Notes under the pieces: model-generated
Told to the model about the DNA's origin: nothing
Database searches by the model: none
Seen by the model: the letters and a program-made list of their open reading frames with translations, nothing else
Assembly (NCBI RefSeq): GCF_039654945.1
Contig: NW_027361676.1
Location: 42,098,001 to 42,162,000 of the forward strand
Reading direction: 5' to 3'
DNA length: 64,000 bases
From: Dendrobates tinctorius
Lineage: Eukaryota
Translations under genes and position numbers: made by a program
Shown: one piece after another, positions 38,141 to 49,916 of the stretch
How positions within the stretch are numbered: position 1 is the stretch's first letter
Layout: each line of letters opens with the position of its first letter

Positions 38141-39328
38141 TGGTCTCTGGAATCTCTCCAGTGGGTGCTGTCGTGGCGAAGAGTAAAAAGCCGGATTACT
38201 TACCGGTAATGCTCTTTTAATGAGTCCACGACATCACCCGCTCACTTCCCTCCCTAAAGATATCAATAGTTAAAGTATATCAACCAAATAATGGATAAGA
38301 AAGATGTTAAAATAAGAGAACATTGCCTAATCCTTGGCGGTCCTTCTGGTACTCTGAAACGTAAAACTGAGGAGGAAAGGTGGACCGCCCCTTTTATCTT
38401 TCCTGTAGGGTTTCCTGTTCCAAATGGGCGGATCCGATACCTCCAGTGGGTGCTGTCGTGGACTCATTAAAAGAGCATTACCGGTAAGTAATCCGGCTTT
38501 TTTTCTGTAAAAAAAAAAGTGGACTGTGGTCACAAAAACATTTTTGTCACCGTTCAAATGAATGACTGGATCTTATAACGGGTCAAAGTATGTGTGTGGG
38601 GTTTTTTTTTTTGGCATCCTAAAAAAGTGGAAATGCGATCATAGCCTAACAAGAAATTAGTTGCGTTGTTACATGATAGCAATCTGCCAGACTTTGCTGC
38701 TGTAACATGCTAATCAAATAGGACCTCATGTTCAACATTACTAGCAAATTAATTATTGCTGCTTAATATATACATCTATTCTGTCACTACATCGTGTGGG
38801 TGATACAAGTATTTATACCTGAATTGCCTCATTTACTCCTAAGGAAAGAATTGGAAATACTGTACCAGGATAGCATTCTCATTACTCACCTGTTTAATAA
38901 TCTGTCTTACTAAATTCTCATTGGTAAATTCTTCACTCTCATTTTTTGCGCATTCAGAAGGGAAATGAGCTAAGATTACTGAGCTGTTTATAATCTGACA
39001 TCCATAGATTTGTCGCACATATTGCGGTCTCTATGTGCTGGCGCAGTATGGTATCACAGGCGATAAAAAGCTCAGCTCATCGGGATAAGTAAATATAAGA
39101 CAATGATCATCCTCTAATCAGCTTGCCATTTGGCTGTTCTTTGCTGTTGAAAAATCCTGACCCATTTTATCAGCAAAGATATTGGCAATAGTAATCGGTG
39201 GTGGTCTAATCTTGTCATTCATGGATCTGGACACTGTTGCATCTTCTCTTTCTTGGTTCTCAATGGTTAAACTAGCTTTTCTTCAAAGATTGTCTTTCCT
39301 TTAACTGTATTTGTTTCCTTCTTCTCAG

Positions 39329-39419
39329 ACGCCTCCTTGGCATTATCACAAAAAAAGATATACTCCGCCATATGGCCCAAATGGCAAACCACGACCCCGA
39401 GTTGATAATGTTCAACTGA
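39329..39419 (+). CDS. CLCN3: CLCN3 terminal coding exon, canonical frame (cassette skipped)
   Basis: CTTCTCAG| acceptor. Phase 2 gives (G)[29 protein letters not shown]. Confidence 0.96.
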
Positions 39420-39490
39420 ACGCCATTTATGAAGAAGATGTAGAGGAGACTGAAGAGGAAGTCAGCTTACTGAAGGACTCTCTGCCCTGA
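39329..39490 (+). CDS. CLCN3: CLCN3 terminal coding exon, alternative frame (cassette included; ClC-3B/e tail)
   Basis: Phase 0 gives [53 protein letters not shown], homologous to the mammalian ClC-3B tail. Confidence 0.9.
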   Translation, partial: TPPWHYHKKRYTPPYGPNGKPRPRVDNVQLNAIYEEDVEETEEEVSLLKDSLP

Positions 39491-41118
39491 TGGAGGAGTT
39501 GTATGAAAAACTGGAAAAAAACTAAAGGTTTTCCATTGAGCAACATTTTGCCTCCATTACAAATTCAAGGGATGATCAAATTTGAGGCACCATGTGGGCT
39601 GTTCATGTTATTGGGAATATGTTGCCTGTAGAGGGCAGTGTAATATCCTCCAGTGTAAGGAAGTGACAAAGGCATGTCTGTTACAGGAGCGTACAAGACT
39701 CCATTAGTTTATTCTTGTTGAGAACAACCCAGAATTGAGCCATCTTGTCAAGATTTGCTGCCCTATTTAATGCTGGGGGGATAGAAAGTGAGTGCTGTCA
39801 ACTGATTACACTTCACTTTTTGTACATTCCAGGACAGATTTTATTTCTTATCTCTCCTTCGTCTGACACTCCTCTGTTATATTCCACGAGGAGACCCTTA
39901 AAGCAGCCATGTCTCATATTGAGATATACTGCCATTGAATCCAAAAATGTGCCATATAGCGCTTGGCTTGGTACAGAACTGCTGACATTTACAGGGGGCA
40001 GACATCTCTACCGCTAGACAGCTTACAACAAAAGTGGATGTGTTTATCTTCTGCTCCGTTCCATGATGTGAAGTGATTTATGCAATGTTATTTTTGTATG
40101 CCGGAAGCGTTTCATCCACCAATGTTTTGCAGTGTTAAGGCCATTGTTAGACAGACCCTGAAGTGGATAGAGCCATTTTGATGATGAGCTGTGAAGACTT
40201 TTTTTTTTTTTTTTTCTGTCGTGAAGCCTTTGCACGGTATGACGCTTTAGGAAAATCGTGGAATACTACCCAAATCAATTACCTTCTGTATACTGCAAGC
40301 ACTGACAACTGTTTATACTGCTCTACCTACAGTACATGATAGTGGAAATGTTCATCTGTATTTATATTCTGCTTGATGTTCAATCAGTCATGACAGTTTC
40401 AGGCAAACGGAGACAAAAAAAAAACTTGATACTTGCACTAATTGCACATCTCTTAACTTCTGTGGTCCTTTGCCTTCCCTATGATGAGTCCTTCTTAAAT
40501 CTGCTAGACACTGGACGCTAATTGTATTTGATATGTTTAATGTGAAAACAAATTGAAGTAATCATAATCATTTGTGATCAAAGTGACAAAAACTTAGCGC
40601 CCCCCCCCCCCCCAAACCATAACATTTTTGGAAAAACCATTTCTATCCTATTGAATTTAAAATTTTTCATTTTGATCAGTATGCATGAACCATATTTAAA
40701 GCACAGCAACACCAACCTCCTCACGGTAATGCTGAGGCCTAAAAGTGGTAAAATACCTCTAAATAAGCAATAACAAACAATAGCCAAAACTAAAATGGTA
40801 ATGCTAATTAAAGGGGAAACTGGAACTACTAACCAATAAAGATAGCTGCTGCCACTTCACCCCAAGTTTGTGATTAGATATTCCATTATTAGGGAGCAAA
40901 TTGTGCTCAATACCATCACAGGAACAGCCGCATCGTGGGGTTATGGCTTCAGCTGGTTGATTCTGCTGCTGTCTGGTAACAAATATTGTAAAAATCCTTG
41001 GAAAGTGCATTTGTCTTCTGATGAGCCTTAAGCCTAAAGTTTCACATTGTAAGAGGACCATCTGATTCTTCATAATGGGATCTCATGAGCAACAGATTTG
41101 TACCAAGGATTTTTATAA

Positions 41119-41310
41119 GGGCTCTTACTCACATGCAAGAAACACGGACGAGTCTCGCATGTCAATACCCGCACTGCCGCCGACACTCGGGTCAGAGCGT
41201 TCAGCTGCATAGAAATACATGAAGCTAAACGCTCCGAACCGAGTGCTGGTGGCAGTGCGGGTATTGACATGTGAGACTTGTCCGAGTTTCTCGCATGCGA
41301 GTACGAGCCC
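41119..41310. mobile_element. Palindromic Harbinger-type MITE in the predicted CLCN3 3'UTR
   Basis: Termini GGGCTCTTACTCACATGC / GCATGCGAGTACGAGCCC, TAA duplication, arms complementary up to a short central loop. Confidence 0.85.
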
Positions 41311-41432
41311 TAAGGATGATGGCAGTAGCATGGATGCAGTTCTAGAAGTTACTATTCGGGCATTCTGATTATATCTAAATTACAAACCAACTGAAAGTGA
41401 CAGGTGGAGTTGCTCTGTATTGTGGAAATCCA

Positions 41433-41438
41433 AATAAA
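41433..41438 (+). terminator. Probable CLCN3 polyadenylation signal
   Basis: AATAAA followed ~25 nt later by a GT-rich tract (CTTGCCTTGTTTGTTTTGTCTTTATGT), at the end of ~2 kb of mostly non-repetitive sequence. Confidence 0.6.
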
Positions 41439-41902
41439 CTTGTTGGGGAAACTATATGGTCTTGCCTTGTTTGTTTTGTCTTTATGTTCACCATAGCCCT
41501 GATCAGTCAAAGTGATGAGAACTAGATGAATTGTGAGAATCTGTGGGTAACTACATAGCTGAAAAGAAATCCTGACAAAACTTTGAAGAAGTCTGTTATC
41601 ATCAAGTCATTGCTTTTATTTTCTGCCATGCACTGGAAAAATTAAAACTTGGATATTTTTACTACTACTACCTCTGAACCTCTGCTGTACATGATATTTG
41701 ATTTTTTTTTTTTTTTCTTTTGCTATTGTCCTCCCATTCCCAGTCAATTAAGTTTTTCTGAATCAGAAAAAATGCATGTTGTATACCAGCCTGAGAGAGA
41801 CCAAAAAGATCTGTGGAGGGAAGAGTGCAGGAAATAAGGTTATCCTATGTTAAAAAGTAACAAAAATATGGTAAGGCTCACCTTGATCAAGATGTGGTAA
41901 CT

Positions 41903-44900
41903 TGAGATGAGCGAGTCCGAATAGTAAAGTTCATACCGGACACCTAGTTCGGATGTTGAATAAACTATGTTGAAAGGCTATGAGAAGAGAGTGACAAAAA
42001 GTCAAAGCTGACCCAGTGTGCAATCTAGTGCGGTCTGGAGCATATTAGGTTTTAATGGTTTGAATAAAATTTGAAGAAAAATTCTTTTATCCAAAGGAGC
42101 TTGAACATAGACTTTTTGTATCTCTCTTCTCATAAGCTTTTACGTCTCATCAGGATGGGGTTCTGTGCACCTGAAGTATCGGTGAGCTGGCTTTTTTTTT
42201 TTCTTTTTTGTTTGAAAGGCTGAAGTGCAGCCAATCAACAAACTTTTTGGCTGTGGACACTTTTGGAGCCATCACAGCCATGACAAGTATTAACATGGTT
42301 GTGATTGGCTGGCACACCTTCACATTGTCTTATATCTGGTCCCTTGCTGAAAGTGCAGAGTTGGCACCTGCGGAGCATGGGCATCTGTTATCCACCTCAC
42401 CTCTTTGCAAATCAGCCAAGCAGCCCGAGTCCCAATTCATTGAGCAGTCACTCCTGCTTTTTGATAACTCTGGTGGCTGTAGTTTTGTGATCTCTACCTC
42501 ATAAGAGATTGACTGACTGCACTGACACCCAAGCACTTGTTCAGTTTGAGGATGAGTACGTTGGAGGGATAGTGTACACGATCAGCGGACCAACTCTGCT
42601 CATCTCTGACGAAACATAGGTGCCAACTGCTGCGGTTTTCTGCAGTGTGCAGACTAGAACGTAGGCTAGGGATGAGGAGTAGATAAGATGATGAGGTCAT
42701 AGACCCCACAAGGAGTGAAGGCCATCCGTGTGACTTGCAGTTTGGAGGAAGAGGAGGTTGTCGCGCTGCACATCAAAAGTGGGAGCAGGGTGCGAAAGCA
42801 CAGCGGGTGGCCACTTGCCAGCAAATTTGCTGCTACTGCCCACCCCGTGGATGAAATGAGCACATAAAATCCAGCTCAATGGAGCACTCTGGCGTATTAT
42901 TTCTTTAGGCAATGTGCTGATGACAAGAGATGGGTGGATTGAAAGCTCTCTCGTCAGAGCCTAAAGCGAGGCATAATGTTCTGAACCTGAGCACCACATG
43001 CATGATGATGCAGCTGAATTCAAAGCACGAGCTGCAGTGGAGTACACACCTGAAAAACCAAGAAAAATGTGAGGCTCCTCCTGCTCCCTCTTCTGTTGCT
43101 GTCTGTCCACCTGGCTCACCTCAAAGAGAGAATGTGCCAGCACCACCAGCAGTGTCACAGAGCATCTCCACACTGTGCCGTGGAAGTGTTCACCTGTCTA
43201 TCCCTCAGATAGTAGTGAGAGAAAGTACCTACCCATGAACTCTTGTCTTGAATGAGAGCATTTCAAAATTCCTGGCCTTTGAACTGCTGCAATTCCGGCT
43301 GGTTTAAATGGACAGTTTTAAAAAACTTATGGTGGTGGCTGTTCCACAGTACATGCTACCCAACCGCCACTACTACTTTTCCAGGCATGCCATCCCTGCT
43401 CTACACCCACGTTGCAGACAAAATCAGGTGTGCACTGTCCTACTATCAGTGGCAAGTTTCCAATAACCACATATATGTGAACTAGTAAGCACGCGCAGGG
43501 ATGTTGTATCTCCACAACTGCCCACTGGGTATATGTAGTGGCAGCTGAGGCGGAAGGCGTTCTAGCGCATGTCCTACCACCACAGGATTGCTGGACATTT
43601 CTCTGTCCATGTTGCATCCTGTCAGTGTAACACTTGCACCACCAACTTCAACGTAGCCAGGGGTAAACGACAGCAGACTCTTCAGATACTCCCTGTATGG
43701 GGGGGAAATCCCCCACGGTGAGGAGCTGTAGACAGGGATTAAACAGACCATGGTGCTGCGTAACCTCAAGTCCGGCATGATGCTGGGCGAAATCTACAAC
43801 CCCTGGCAAAAAATTATGTAATCACCGGTCTTGGAGGATGTTCATTCAGTTGTTTAATTTTGTAGAAAAAGAGATCACAGACATGGCACAAAACTAAAGT
43901 CATTTCAAATTGCAACTTTCTGGCTTTAAGAAATGGTAAAGGAAATCAAGACCAAAATGTGGTGGTCTGTAATGATTACTTTTTTTAAACCAAACATAGG
44001 AGAAAGATTATGGAGTCACTCAATTCTGAGGGAAAAAATTATGGAATCATGAAAAACAAAAACAAAACTCCAATACATCACTAGTATTTTGTTGCACGAC
44101 CTCTGGCTTTTATAACAGCTTTCAGTCTCTGAGGCATGGACTTAATGAGTGTCAAACAGTACTCCAGCAATCTGGCTCCAAATTTCTCTGTTGTTGCCAG
44201 ATCAGCTTTGCAGGTTGGAGCATTGTCATGGACCATTTTCTTCAACTTCCACCAAAGATTTTCAATTGGATTGAGATCCGGGACTATTTGCAGGCCATGA
44301 CATTGACCTTATGTGTCTTTTTTTCAAGGAATATTTTCAGTTTTTGCTCTATGGCAGGATGCATTATCATCTTGAAAAATGATCTCATCATCCCCAAACA
44401 TCCTTTCTATTGATGGAATAAGAAAATTGTCCAAAATATCAATATAAACTTGTGCATTTATTGAAGATGTAATGACAGCCATCTCCCCAGTGCCTTTACC
44501 AGACATGCAGCCCCATATCATCAATGACTGTGGAAATTTGCATGTTCTCTTCAGGCAGTCATCTTTATAAACCTCATTGGAACGGCACCAAACAAAAGTT
44601 CCAGCATCATCACCTTGCCCAATGCAGAGTCGCGATTCTTCACTGACTATGACTTTCATCCAGTCATCCACAGTCCATGATTGCTTTTCCTTAGCCCATT
44701 GTAACCTTGTTTTTTCTGTTTAGGTGTTAATGATGGCTTTCGTTTAGCTTTTCTGTAAGTAAATCCTATTTCCTTTAGGCGGTTTCTTACAGTTTGGTCA
44801 CAGACGTTGACTCCAGTTTCCTCCCATTCGTTCCTCATTTGTTTTGTTGTGCATTTCCTGTTTTGGAGACGTATTGCTTTAAGTTTCCGTTCTTGACGCT

Positions 44901-45850
44901 TTGATGTTTTACTTGGTCTACCACTGTTTGCCTTTAACAACCTTCCCATGTTTGTATTTTGTCCAGATTTTAAACACCGCTGACTGTGAACAACCAACAT
45001 CTTTTGCAACATTGCGTGATGATTAACCCTCTTTTAAGAGTTTGATAATCCTCTCCTTTGTTTCAATTGACATCTCTCATGTTGGAGCCATGATTCATGT
45101 CAGTCCACTTGGTGCAACAGCTCTCCAAGGTGTGCTCACTCCTTTTTAGATACATACTAACAAGCAGATCTAATTTGATGCAGGTGTTCGTTTTGGGAAT
45201 GAAAATTTACAAGGTGATTCTATAATTTTTTTCGTTCAGAATTGAGTTACTCCATAATTCTTCCCCTATGCTTGGTTTAAAAAAGTTACCATTACTGACT
45301 ACCACATTTTTTGTTCTTGATTTCTTTTCGTGTTTCTTAAAGCCAAAAAGTTGCCATTTGAAATGACTTTAGTTTTGTACCATGTCTGTGATCTGCTTTT
45401 TTTTTCTACTAAATTGAACAACTGAATGAACATCCTCCAAGGCCGATAATAATTTTATTTTTGTCATAATTTTTGCCGATATGACACACTTTTCTGGTGT
45501 ATGTGCTGAATTTGGTGGTGCAGAGCTTCCTTAAAAATGATCCAGATATGTCACAGCTGCTGGCGAAACTGCGGCTATCTGTGTGCACTTCCGGCGTTTT
45601 CACACTGCTTCTGCCTTCCCGCTCAACTCCTCATATGCAACGTACCCACAAGGTGGAACTCCACATTGCATATGTTGGAGAGCCTGTACGAGCTGCAGTA
45701 CGCACAGGTGGGTCCTCTGCGGAACAACACTACTTCACCAACCAGTGGGCCTACATGTGGGTTGTGTGCCGTGTTGCGCTGCTTCGAGCACTCCATAAAC
45801 ATGGCCAGTGCTGCTGACGCCATCATCCGCATTACTATCCCACTTCTACC
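41903..45850 (+). mobile_element. Decayed hAT (ZBED-like) transposon split by a Tc1 insertion
   Basis: Terminus GAGATGAGCGA near 41904. Remnant motifs VLNLVVQSFLK and CNVPTRWNSTLHMLE resume right after the Tc1. Confidence 0.7.
43797..45477 (-). mobile_element. Tc1 element, degenerate, with long TIRs
   Basis: TA|CAACCCCTGGCAAAAATTATG left end. ORFs 44656-45012 (SGRPSKTS) and 44324-44671 (SEES, MIWGCM, FQDDNA). Confidence 0.88.
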
Positions 45851-48206
45851 CTTCATAGTGGAATCCTGACAATTTAACCTGCACATTACCCATTTTCAGC
45901 AACCCCCTGCAATAACAGTTGATGGTACCAATTTTACCCTCTGAGTTTTTCCAAATTTTTGTCACCCATGAAGTCTTACAATTGTCCAACAAATTTATAT
46001 ACAGACAATATATTTCCCCAAAACCTACCTCCTTCATTCCCATTTATAGATCCACACAAATATGCCTGGGGCATTACCCTCAATATGGGTTTGATTAAAA
46101 AAAAAAAAAAAAACACTCCTGGGCAACATAATCTGTCCCTGTGTTTGCAGCTGTCATGACCCAATCCTGTTTTGAAGTCCTAATGTGATCATTTTAGTGA
46201 TAATTCACAACCTCCCCTCCCCAAGAATTGACCCTAATTTTGATTGCCTTAATAAATAGAGACCCTTAATTCATCCACTCTTGTCAGCAATCCAATGCCT
46301 TGCTTGCGTGAGTGACTCCGGCTCCAGCCCAAACTCAGACTTCCATTTAAAAGCGTAATCCATCTGAATTAAGGAAAAACCTTCACTTTGAGTGGTAAGC
46401 CTCAATTCTCAGACTACCCCACCTGAAGGGACCAACTAAAGGTGCAGCTGGAGAGCAGACTTTCATAGAGACCATGTGCTTTATTAATACCATGTGCCAT
46501 CCTATGGCTGAAGTAAATAGACTGGAGGACAACTATACACACACAACAAAAAGAGGTTAAACAGGTTCTGCTGTGTTAATCTCTGATGTGCAGTCATGAG
46601 GCCCTGTGCAGCCCTGACATGTGGCCAACTTTAGCCTAGAGGTCCAGGGCCCAGCTTACATACCTGAAGCCAAATTTAAGCACCTGAGGCTCTTGGCCCA
46701 GAATTTTAAAAAAAGTGGACACCTCTTGTGCTTAGATTTGAACATACATTTTTCACTAACAATGACAGTAAAGAAAAAACCTCATTACCAAGTGAACTTT
46801 CACAAAGTTCACTTATCACTATGAGGCAATCAAAAGGTACCGGAATAAGAGAAGGACACATCTCAACAGAGGCTGAAGAATTGTCCACTTTACTAGAGAG
46901 CCACTGACTGGACTTGCTAATTTTTGCAGTACTCAGTTTCTCACCGACACGGTCGCTCCACCTGCTCCTGCGGCTTCCCATCAGGTTATGGCTGCAGGTG
47001 CTGCTGCTTGGTGTGTAGCTCCATCTTTCCTGGAGGGGACAGATGGAGCATGGAAGTGCTCACTAGGTGGACTCACCACACCTGAATGCAGGACCTGCGC
47101 TACTGCCTGCTGCTCCAGGCCTTGTCCGGTACACCCTAGAAGATCTGAGTCACCTGGCTCCTGCGCATTATCCGGTTTGCCTCCTGACATGGGCACATAT
47201 CGAACCGCGCCAGAGCTGGCCATCACCACCCTGGGGACGCCGCTCACATGTGCCCGCACATGTGTGAAAATCCCCTTGGACCCACTGTGGCGCTTACAGG
47301 GACCCTGCACCAGCCGTGGCTGGGAGAGGACCGCTGCCTGAGCCAGCCCGCCAGGTCTGGGGAAAGGATCAAATTCTTCCTTTTATCTTCAGGTGCGCCA
47401 ACCCTTCTACGAGGTTTCCCCGTCAATAATAGAAAACCAACTGAGGTGGCAGGTGGTGGAGAGGCGACGCCTTTTATTCTGTAAGTTTCCTGTTCTTCAA
47501 GGGCTGAATCCCTAAGTCTCTAAGGTGGTCCTAGCCTGGGACGTCTGGTTGCCAGTCAGTGTGTGGCTATAGATCTAATAGTCTGGTAGAATTAGGTCCG
47601 CATTTTCTTCTCTGTAACTCAGACGATAGTCATCCGTCTTTACGCCCATTTTATAAAATACCTTGGGGGTCTTATAGACTCTATGAATTAGAAACAGTTG
47701 AGACCTTCTGTGTTGTTTCTTGAAAGCAACCTTGGAGAGTCCAGCACCTCTTCCCATTCCTCTGTAGAAATGCTACCTACATCCTCTTCCCACTTACTCT
47801 CAACTGGGTCATTGGGTCACCCAAAATATTTAGCAACAATGAGTTGTAAAACCAGAGAGACTACTCTCTTCATTGATTTTGCCTGTACATGAAGTCTTAA
47901 CAGCCATAGAGGACATAGAAAAATCAAAGATGGTTTCCTGAGCCCGTATTGCATGTCTTAGTTGCAAGAATTTTCAGTTTTATGCAAATTAAACTCCTGT
48001 TTCAGCTGTTCAAACATCTTGAGATGGTTATCAGAGTATAACTGATGCACACATTTCAATCCCAGATCATTCCCTTCTCCAAATCCCTCCAATCTCCACA
48101 GTTCCTCTAGATTAAAGTTATTCCAGATAGGCGTGTACTTTAAACAGTCTGTCATCTCAGTCCTTTACATGTCCACCAAATTTTATGGGCCAGTGACTGG
48201 GTAGAG

Positions 48207-48368
48207 CAGGGTTCCCCAACTCCAGTCCTCAAGGCCCACCAACAGATCATGTTTTCAGGATTTCCTTAGTATTGCTCAGGTGATAATTGCTTCACCTGTG
48301 CAAAACAAAGGAAATCCTGAAAACATGATCTGTTGGTGGGCATTGAGGACTGGAGTAGGGGAACCCTG
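48207..48368. mobile_element. hAT-type palindromic MITE, second copy
   Basis: Same TIR as 28751-28912; TSD GGGTAGAG/GGATAGAG. Confidence 0.88.
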
Positions 48369-49271
48369 GGATAGAGTATATACTCGGATTACCTACAAAT
48401 TTGTGTAAATTCTCCCCTCCCCAGTATTTTATTACTATTGATACTGTTTCCTGGGCCTCCTCCAATGCCCAGCCTTGGAAGTGCTGAAACTGGGAAGTTA
48501 AGTAGTACCACCCTATATGAGGCAAAGCTAACCCCCATTGATTTTTTTTTTTTGTAATTTTAGTTCATCTAGTTTTATTCTGGGGATGTTTCTTTTCCAC
48601 ACCAAATCTCTAAAGATGTTGTACATTTTCCTAAACCAGTATTTAGGAATCCAGACAGGCGAGTTATGCACAAGAAATAGAATGCATGGCATTAAGCACA
48701 TCTTAATGAGGTTTATTCTACCCAAGGTTGACAGAGGTAATTTTTCCCATACACACCCTTTGTTCCTCATTTTAATAGATATGGATTTTAATGCAATAAA
48801 CTCCTGAGGTTTATTACTAATGGACAGACTCTCCCAAATAGCAGTACTCCTGGAATCGAAAGGTAGAAGAGTGGGTTTAGACCAGTTTGTCAAGGAGAAA
48901 ACACCGTGTGCACAACTGTAGTGGTGCTGAGGTATGTTCCCTAACCATATATAATAAAATGAAAACCTGACACTTTATTTTATTAGACCTGTTTGTCAGG
49001 CCTGAAAAGGTCCCAAATTTCTCAATTGTGTTCATTATGTTTGGAATAGAGTTATCCAAGTTATTAATGAATAATAAAGGTCATCAACATATAGAGTAAT
49101 ATTTTCTTCTGTGTTTCCATACTTAAAATCCTCTATCCCGGGTGTCTTCTAATAATACAAGCTAACGGTTCTACTGCAAGTGAAAACAAGCGGCGATACC
49201 AAGCAGCCTTGTCTAGTCCCCCTGAAAAGCTCAAATTACTCTGACATTCCCCCATTAGCCCTTACTTATAA

Positions 49272-49916
49272 GGGCCCGTTACACACCGATCTCGCTGATT
49301 TTGTGACACATCAGCGATCTCTCCAGCGAGATCGCTGTGTGTGACATCCAGCAGCAATTGCCCCCCCCCCCCCCCCCCGCGGGGTATCGCTGATCGTGCT
49401 GGATCGTCCAGGGACATTTTTTCATTGCTGGTCTCCCGCTGGCCAGTGCGCATCGCTGCGTGTGGCAGCAGGAGCCAGCGATGAGCGACATTGCACGCTG
49501 GTTACCAATTTAAACATCAGGTTTCTAAGGGCTGCGGGGCCCTTAGAAACCCGATGTTTACCCTAGATACCAGCGTGCACTGCAGGCAAAGCGGCGCACA
49601 GACCGGAGTAGCTCTGCTATCTGCAGACCGGAGTAGCAGTAGAGCTACGCCGTTCTGTCTGCGCCGCTCTGCCTCCACCTCCCGCCCTGCCTGCAGTGCA
49701 CGCTGGTATCTAGGGTAAACATCGGGTTTCTAAGGGCCCTGCAGCCCTTAGAAACCCGATGTTTATGTTGGTAACCAGCGTGCTCGCTGGTCCTGATCGC
49801 GGGAGGGGCTGTCTATGTGACAGCTCACCAGCGATCAGCTAACAATGTCCCAGCGATCCCATCCATGTCGGATCGTTGGTGGGATCGCTGGGACATCGTT
49901 ATGTGTAAAGGTACCC
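49272..49916. mobile_element. Harbinger-type MITE
   Basis: Termini GGGCCCGTTACACA / TGTAAAGGTACCC, TAA/TTA flanks, long internal inverted repeat (~49495-49783). Confidence 0.78.

Larger units (their letters stand above)
33188..38500 (+). mobile_element. DIRS1-type tyrosine-recombinase retrotransposon (element B), near intact
   Basis: ITRs ~33199-33296 / ~38364-38461, ICR ~38156-38233 complementary to both termini, TTT ends, and overlapping gag, RT-RH-MT and YR ORFs. Confidence 0.95.

Noticed and set aside
6218-39490. Calling the gene CLCN4 or CLCN5
   Set aside because: ClC-3-specific residues ([19 protein letters not shown]), the 76-nt cassette and HPF1 synteny indicate CLCN3.
46940-47484. 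GC-rich segment with several overlapping ORFs
   Set aside because: No recognisable motif; embedded in LINE debris and probably TE-derived, but cannot be assigned.
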